DNA of 64,000 nucleotides from Escherichia coli (GTDB lineage Bacteria; Pseudomonadota; Gammaproteobacteria; Enterobacterales; Enterobacteriaceae): NCBI RefSeq assembly GCF_003018235.1, contig NZ_CP027437.1; one strand, 5' to 3'. Shown piece by piece: positions 53,661 to 64,000 of this stretch (position 1 is its first letter; each line of letters starts with the position of its first letter). The notes under the pieces were generated by a model. It saw only the letters and a program-made list of their open reading frames with translations, ran no database searches and was not told where the DNA came from. The position numbers and the translations under genes were made by a program.

Positions 53661-55163
53661 TTACGCCGCAATGGCGTTCATGATCGCCGGAACGGAAAGC
53701 TCTGCCAGCGGGATCTCCGCCACCTGTTTGCGATCGCGCATGATAATCACCCGGTCGGCATAGCCCACCAGCTCTTCCAGTTCAGAGGAGATCACCAGCA
53801 GCGCCAGACCATCAGCGCACAGCGTTTCAATCAGGCGGATGATCTCGGCATGCGCACCAACGTCAATGCCGCGCGTTGGCTCATCGAGGATCAGAAATTG
53901 CGGTCGGGTCAGTAGCCAACGTGAAAGCAACACTTTTTGCTGATTGCCGCCGGAGAGAAATTCAATCGGTTGTTCAGTTGAAGGTGTGCGAATGCCAAGC
54001 TGGCGGATAAAGCGTTGGGCAATCTCTTGCTGTTCTTTGCGGGAAATCGGTCGTAGCCAGCCGCGCTGGGCCTGGAGAGCGAGGATGATATTTTCCCGCA
54101 CCGAGGCGGCGGCGATAATGCCATCGGTTTTCCTGTCTTCCGGGCAGAAGCCAATGCCAAGAACCGAAGCCTGATGTGGCGAGCGTAGCGTTTGCGCTTT
54201 GCCTTTTATCAACGCCGTGCCGCTATCAGCAGGTTTGATACCGAAGATCACTTCGGCGGTTTCGGTACGTCCTGATCCCAGCAAGCCTGCCAGACCGACG
54301 ATCTCGCCGGGGCGTACTTCGAGATCAAACGGTGCGATCGTTCCTTTTTTGCCGTAATTTTTGAACGCGGCAACGGGTTTGTCGCTCAGCAATGTTCGTC
54401 CGGCACGCTGTAGCGCGTGGGTGTCCAGCTCGCGCCCCAGCATCATTTTTACCAGTTCGATCTGCGGTAGCTCGCGGGTTTCCCGACAGCCTACGAAACT
54501 GCCGTTGCGTAAGACGGTGATCCGATCGCTGACCTGATAGACCTGATCGAGAAAGTGAGTGACAAAGATCAGGCTGACGCCGCGATCGCGCAACTGACGC
54601 ATCAGGCCAAACAGTAACTCTACTTCCTGAGTGTCGAGGCTGGCGGTGGGTTCATCGAGGATCAGCACTTTGGCAGAGAGATCGATAGCCCGGCAAATGG
54701 CGACGATTTGCTGCATCGCGACTGAAAAGCGGTTGAGCGGTTCCCGCACGTCGAGAGAGAAACCGTAAGATGCCATCAGTTCGGTGGCGCGCTTTTCCAT
54801 CTCTTTACGGCGTAGAAGGCCGAAACGTTTGGGTTCGCGACCTATGAATAGATTATCAGCGACCGACATATTGGGTAGCAGGTTGACTTCCTGATAGACG
54901 GTGCCGATGCCGAGTTGTTGTGCGTGGGCGGTATTTTTCGGTGAGATAGTCTGGCCTTCCAGCCAGATGGTGCCACGATCGGCGTGGTAGACACCGGTTA
55001 ATGCTTTGATTAGCGTTGATTTTCCCGCCCCGTTTTCACCGAGCAGCGCCATAATTTCGCCACAGCGCAGGCTGAAATCAACGTTGTCTAACGCTTTGAC
55101 GCCGGGGAAAAATTTACTTAATCCTTCGGTGCGGAGGATTTCCTGGTGTTGGTTAGTATTCAT
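53661..55163 (-). CDS. ytfR: Sugar ABC transporter ATP-binding protein YtfR (tandem ABC domains)
   Basis: Two Walker A motifs (GENGAGKST, GLLGSGRTE) and ABC signatures. Confidence 0.9.
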   Translation of the reverse strand: MNTNQHQEILRTEGLSKFFPGVKALDNVDFSLRCGEIMALLGENGAGKSTLIKALTGVYHADRGTIWLEGQTISPKNTAHAQQLGIGTVYQEVNLLPNMSVADNLFIGREPKRFGLLRRKEMEKRATELMASYGFSLDVREPLNRFSVAMQQIVAICRAIDLSAKVLILDEPTASLDTQEVELLFGLMRQLRDRGVSLIFVTHFLDQVYQVSDRITVLRNGSFVGCRETRELPQIELVKMMLGRELDTHALQRAGRTLLSDKPVAAFKNYGKKGTIAPFDLEVRPGEIVGLAGLLGSGRTETAEVIFGIKPADSGTALIKGKAQTLRSPHQASVLGIGFCPEDRKTDGIIAAASVRENIILALQAQRGWLRPISRKEQQEIAQRFIRQLGIRTPSTEQPIEFLSGGNQQKVLLSRWLLTRPQFLILDEPTRGIDVGAHAEIIRLIETLCADGLALLVISSELEELVGYADRVIIMRDRKQVAEIPLAELSVPAIMNAIAA

Positions 55164-55202
55164 AGTTTCCCCCGTTGTAAAGCGTGCGCCAGATAAGACA
55201 CA

Positions 55203-55290
55203 ACTGCGTCGCATCAGGCATCTCGCACAACCGCCGGATGCGGCGTGAATGCCTTATCCGGCGGCCCACAAGTCGGCATCAGGCATTGAT
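55203..55290. repeat. REP/BIME cluster between ytfR and ytfQ
   Basis: gccggatgcggcgtgaatgccttatccggc and flanking gcatcaggca palindromes. Confidence 0.55.
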
Positions 55291-55295
55291 GCCCC

Positions 55296-56252
55296 TCAAT
55301 ACCCCATGTTTTTCTTCTTCTCTAACTCTTCTTTTGCGGTATCAGGCAGGTAAAGGGTGGACTTGGTCAGCGTCAGCTTTTCAGGCATGGTGCCGTCTTT
55401 TTTGTATTTCTCCAGCGCGTCGAAAGCAGGACCTGCCATGTTCGGCGTCAGTTCAACACTGGCGTTCGCTTCGCCATCAATCATCGCTTTGTAGATATCC
55501 GGTACGCCATCAATGGAACCCGTGAGGATATCTTTACCCGGCTTCAGGCCCGCTTCTTTAATTGCCTGAATTGCGCCAATCACCATGTCATCGTTATGGG
55601 CGTAAACCATGCAGATGTTTTTGCCGTTGTTTTCTGCTTTGATAAAGCTCTCCATGACTTCTTTGCCTTTACTGCGGGTGAAGTCACCTGACTGCGAGCG
55701 GATAATTTTGATGTTTGGCGCATTCTTAATGGCTTCGGCAAAGCCTTTCTTACGGTCAATGGCGACGCTGGCCCCAACAGTGCCCTGCAACTCCACCACG
55801 TTGCATGGTTTGCCATTCACTTCTTTTACCAGCCAGTCACCAATCAACTTGCCTTCGAGGATGTTGTCGGCGGTGACAGTGGTCATATAGAGAGATTTGT
55901 CTTTCACATCGATGGAACGGTCAAGCAAGAAGACCGGGATTTCGGCATCTTTCGCCTCTTTTAATACCGGCTCCCAACCCGTCGCTACCACCGGAGCGAT
56001 AAAGATCGCATCCACCCCTTGCGCGACGAAGGAACGTACCGCTTTAATCTGGTTTTCCTGCTTTTGCTGACCATCGGCAATTTTCAACGTAATTCCGCGC
56101 TTTTCGGCTTCACTTTTCGCCACATTGGTTTCTGCGGCGCGCCAGCCGGATTCCGATCCGACCTGCGAAAATCCAACGGTTAATGGAGCGGCCAACGCCA
56201 TAGACGACATGGCTGCCGAGACTGCAGAGACTACAAGTAAGCGTTTCCACAT
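55296..56252 (-). CDS. ytfQ: Periplasmic galactofuranose-binding protein YtfQ
   Basis: 318-aa ORF with signal peptide MWKRLLVVSAVSAAMSSMALA. Confidence 0.9.
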   Translation of the reverse strand: MWKRLLVVSAVSAAMSSMALAAPLTVGFSQVGSESGWRAAETNVAKSEAEKRGITLKIADGQQKQENQIKAVRSFVAQGVDAIFIAPVVATGWEPVLKEAKDAEIPVFLLDRSIDVKDKSLYMTTVTADNILEGKLIGDWLVKEVNGKPCNVVELQGTVGASVAIDRKKGFAEAIKNAPNIKIIRSQSGDFTRSKGKEVMESFIKAENNGKNICMVYAHNDDMVIGAIQAIKEAGLKPGKDILTGSIDGVPDIYKAMIDGEANASVELTPNMAGPAFDALEKYKKDGTMPEKLTLTKSTLYLPDTAKEELEKKKNMGY

Positions 56253-56561
56253 AGGGTTGTCCTCGTCGGGGTAATTATTATTGGTGAAAAGATGTTCGCG
56301 AAAAAACTATAGACAATTCGTTATGTAACGGATTGCGTTACATCACACTTCAAAAAAGTAAATAAAACGTTAATCACAAGTTTGTAATCGCTTTCATCTC
56401 ACTATGAAAAATGCGGCTACGGTTATGGATTTTCCTGCTCTTTAAACCATCTTAAAACTGGCTAAAAAGGAAAATGAAGAAGAAAACAAGCGAAGACATT
56501 CGGCGCGAGTTGGCTATAATACTCGGCACTTGTTTGCCACATATTTTTAAAGGAAACAGAC

Positions 56562-57092
56562 ATGAGCTTACTCAACGTCCCTGCGGGTAAAGATCTGCCG
56601 GAAGACATCTACGTTGTTATTGAGATCCCGGCTAACGCAGATCCGATCAAATACGAAATCGACAAAGAGAGCGGCGCACTGTTCGTTGACCGCTTCATGT
56701 CCACCGCGATGTTCTATCCGTGCAACTACGGTTACATCAACCACACCCTGTCTCTGGACGGTGACCCGGTTGACGTACTGGTCCCGACTCCGTACCCGCT
56801 GCAGCCGGGTTCTGTGATCCGTTGCCGTCCGGTTGGCGTTCTGAAAATGACCGACGAAGCCGGTGAAGATGCGAAACTGGTTGCGGTTCCGCACAGCAAG
56901 CTGAGCAAAGAATACGATCACATTAAAGACGTTAACGATCTGCCTGAACTGCTGAAAGCACAGATCGCTCACTTCTTCGAGCACTACAAAGACCTCGAAA
57001 AAGGCAAGTGGGTGAAAGTTGAAGGCTGGGAAAACGCAGAAGCCGCTAAAGCTGAAATCGTTGCCTCCTTCGAGCGCGCAAAGAATAAATAA
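56562..57092 (+). CDS. ppa: Inorganic pyrophosphatase
   Basis: 176-aa [27 protein letters not shown]... Confidence 0.95.
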   Translation: MSLLNVPAGKDLPEDIYVVIEIPANADPIKYEIDKESGALFVDRFMSTAMFYPCNYGYINHTLSLDGDPVDVLVPTPYPLQPGSVIRCRPVGVLKMTDEAGEDAKLVAVPHSKLSKEYDHIKDVNDLPELLKAQIAHFFEHYKDLEKGKWVKVEGWENAEAAKAEIVASFERAKNK

Positions 57093-57170
57093 GTTCTTCT
57101 AGCGTAATAACCCTGAACGCCGGGCTTCGGTTAGTAGGGGTTTTTTATGCCCGCGATAAATAAACACACC

Positions 57171-57521
57171 TTATTCCACCACCGCCTGCAAACGTAATAA
57201 CGCCTCTTCCACCACCTCACCCGCAGCCAGACCAATACGCTTTGCCAGCCGGGCGCGTAGATCCATCATCCGCACCTGATTCACCAGCACCACGCCGTGC
57301 ACATCGCCTTCTTCGCAATGTAAAGGAACGCTAAATCCGGCATAACGGGCAAAATTTCCGCCCTGCGTAATGGGGGCCACCAGCGTCATTCCCAGTTGAT
57401 TAAAGGCTTGAACGGAGAGCACAAGCGCAGGTCGACCAGCACCTTGCTGTTCATGGCCGCTTGCTGGATCAAAGCCAACCAGCACAATGTCTCCCCGTTC
57501 AAATTCACTTTTCTTTACCAT
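57171..57521 (-). CDS. chpB: MazF-family endoribonuclease toxin ChpB
   Basis: 116-aa ORF MVKKSEFERGDIVLVGFDPASGHEQ... Confidence 0.88.
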   Translation of the reverse strand: MVKKSEFERGDIVLVGFDPASGHEQQGAGRPALVLSVQAFNQLGMTLVAPITQGGNFARYAGFSVPLHCEEGDVHGVVLVNQVRMMDLRARLAKRIGLAAGEVVEEALLRLQAVVE

Positions 57522-57766
57522 ATTTCGTCACCCGCAGGGGTGGATTTACCCCAGACATCCTGCTCGCTAAGTTCCGTGGCGTTCATGTCACACTGTGCCA
57601 GCAGTTCATCAAGCGAGTAGCGCCTGGAGATGGGTGTCAGAATCAGTTGATTGTTGCTCACTTGCGCCTCCACGCTCTGCCCCGGCCGTAAGTTAAGTTC
57701 TTTCATCACAACATTAGGAATGACCATACCTGAACTATTCCCCCATCTTTTTATGGTAATACGCAT
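57515..57766 (-). CDS. chpS: Antitoxin ChpS
   Basis: Translation MRITIKRWGNSSGMVIPNVVMKELNL...; overlaps chpB start. Confidence 0.85.
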   Translation of the reverse strand: MRITIKRWGNSSGMVIPNVVMKELNLRPGQSVEAQVSNNQLILTPISRRYSLDELLAQCDMNATELSEQDVWGKSTPAGDEIW

Positions 57767-57977
57767 CTGCACCTCCTTAAGTTATACAAAGTATAACTCA
57801 CGGTGCTACAGGAAACGTTTTACCCCTGCGCATTTGTGAACGCCAGCAGAGTTTTTTATGCGTTAACAGATATGGAAAGCGGCTCGGAGAGAAAAGCAAA
57901 AGGTGAGGGAATTACAAAACAGAATGCGAGTCGTCTCGCAAAAAACAACGCCACCCGAAGGTGGCGTATGCATATGG

Positions 57978-58319
57978 TTACTTATCCCTGTCTAACCAGT
58001 CGCCGCTTTCAATTAGCTTTAATCCATCGACGGGTCGTTGATAAACGTACATCCATGCACTCCCGTACGGCGTCTGAATCAACTGGCGCGCGTATTCACC
58101 GCCCCTGGTGCGCAAGGCATCAAGTTCGGCCAGCGTGGCGTTGTCAATACGATAAACTTCACCGTGTACTGTTCCGTTCCCCGGAACTGCGCCTGGATAG
58201 TGGCCCAGGCTATACAACTGGTAGTTATCGATACTGAAATCGCCCAGTAACTGGGCATTGGTCATCCAGTGACTGTTGCCTTGTTTGTGGCGTAAACTGC
58301 CGTAGACAAATATTCGCAT
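57978..58319 (-). CDS. ytfP: Gamma-glutamylcyclotransferase-family protein YtfP
   Basis: 113-aa ORF MRIFVYGSLRHKQGNSHWM... Confidence 0.88.
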   Translation of the reverse strand: MRIFVYGSLRHKQGNSHWMTNAQLLGDFSIDNYQLYSLGHYPGAVPGNGTVHGEVYRIDNATLAELDALRTRGGEYARQLIQTPYGSAWMYVYQRPVDGLKLIESGDWLDRDK

Positions 58320-58321
58320 TG

Positions 58322-63873
<5,552 letters not shown>

Positions 63874-64000
63874 TTAAACGGCTTAACAAAAATCCAGTAA
63901 TATGGATTAAAAAGCAGACTAAACCCCAAATATTTCTTATGTTTTACTTTAGACCTATTCACAGCGGTTATTGTGTGCAAATACGCCTCTTGTTACAACC

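Overview
Enterobacterial (Escherichia coli-like) chromosome segment, reverse-complemented relative to the usual K-12 map orientation, running from the nanMS sialic-acid genes through leuX, valS, pyrBI, treBC, nrdDG and fbp to tamAB. Most of the window is conserved core genome that I recognise directly from the ORF translations. Three accessory insertions stand out. (1) An AT-rich island of about 11 kb between nanS and tRNA-Leu (leuX), anchored by an intact P4-type tyrosine integrase, occupying the site where K-12 carries the KpLE2 element. It contains a convergent pair of two-gene operons. One is a Septu-like ATPase plus HNH-nuclease pair in which the ATPase has an extra N-terminal N6-adenine methyltransferase-like domain whose catalytic motif reads FPPF instead of NPPF/DPPY. 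The other is an overlapping pair of uncharacterised genes, the second with C-terminal transmembrane helices. The island also holds decayed remnants: a frameshifted VOC-family gene, an excisionase-like HTH gene with an in-frame TGA, and an HNH fragment. (2) An IS110-family element (IS621-like, about 1.28 kb) inserted into a REP/BIME between ridA and mgtA, with a leader region likely to encode the bridge RNA. (3) A relBE-like toxin-antitoxin pair between nrdG and an intact cybC. All functional calls rest on my reading of the translations and motifs; no database search was run, and the defence-system assignments are hypotheses.
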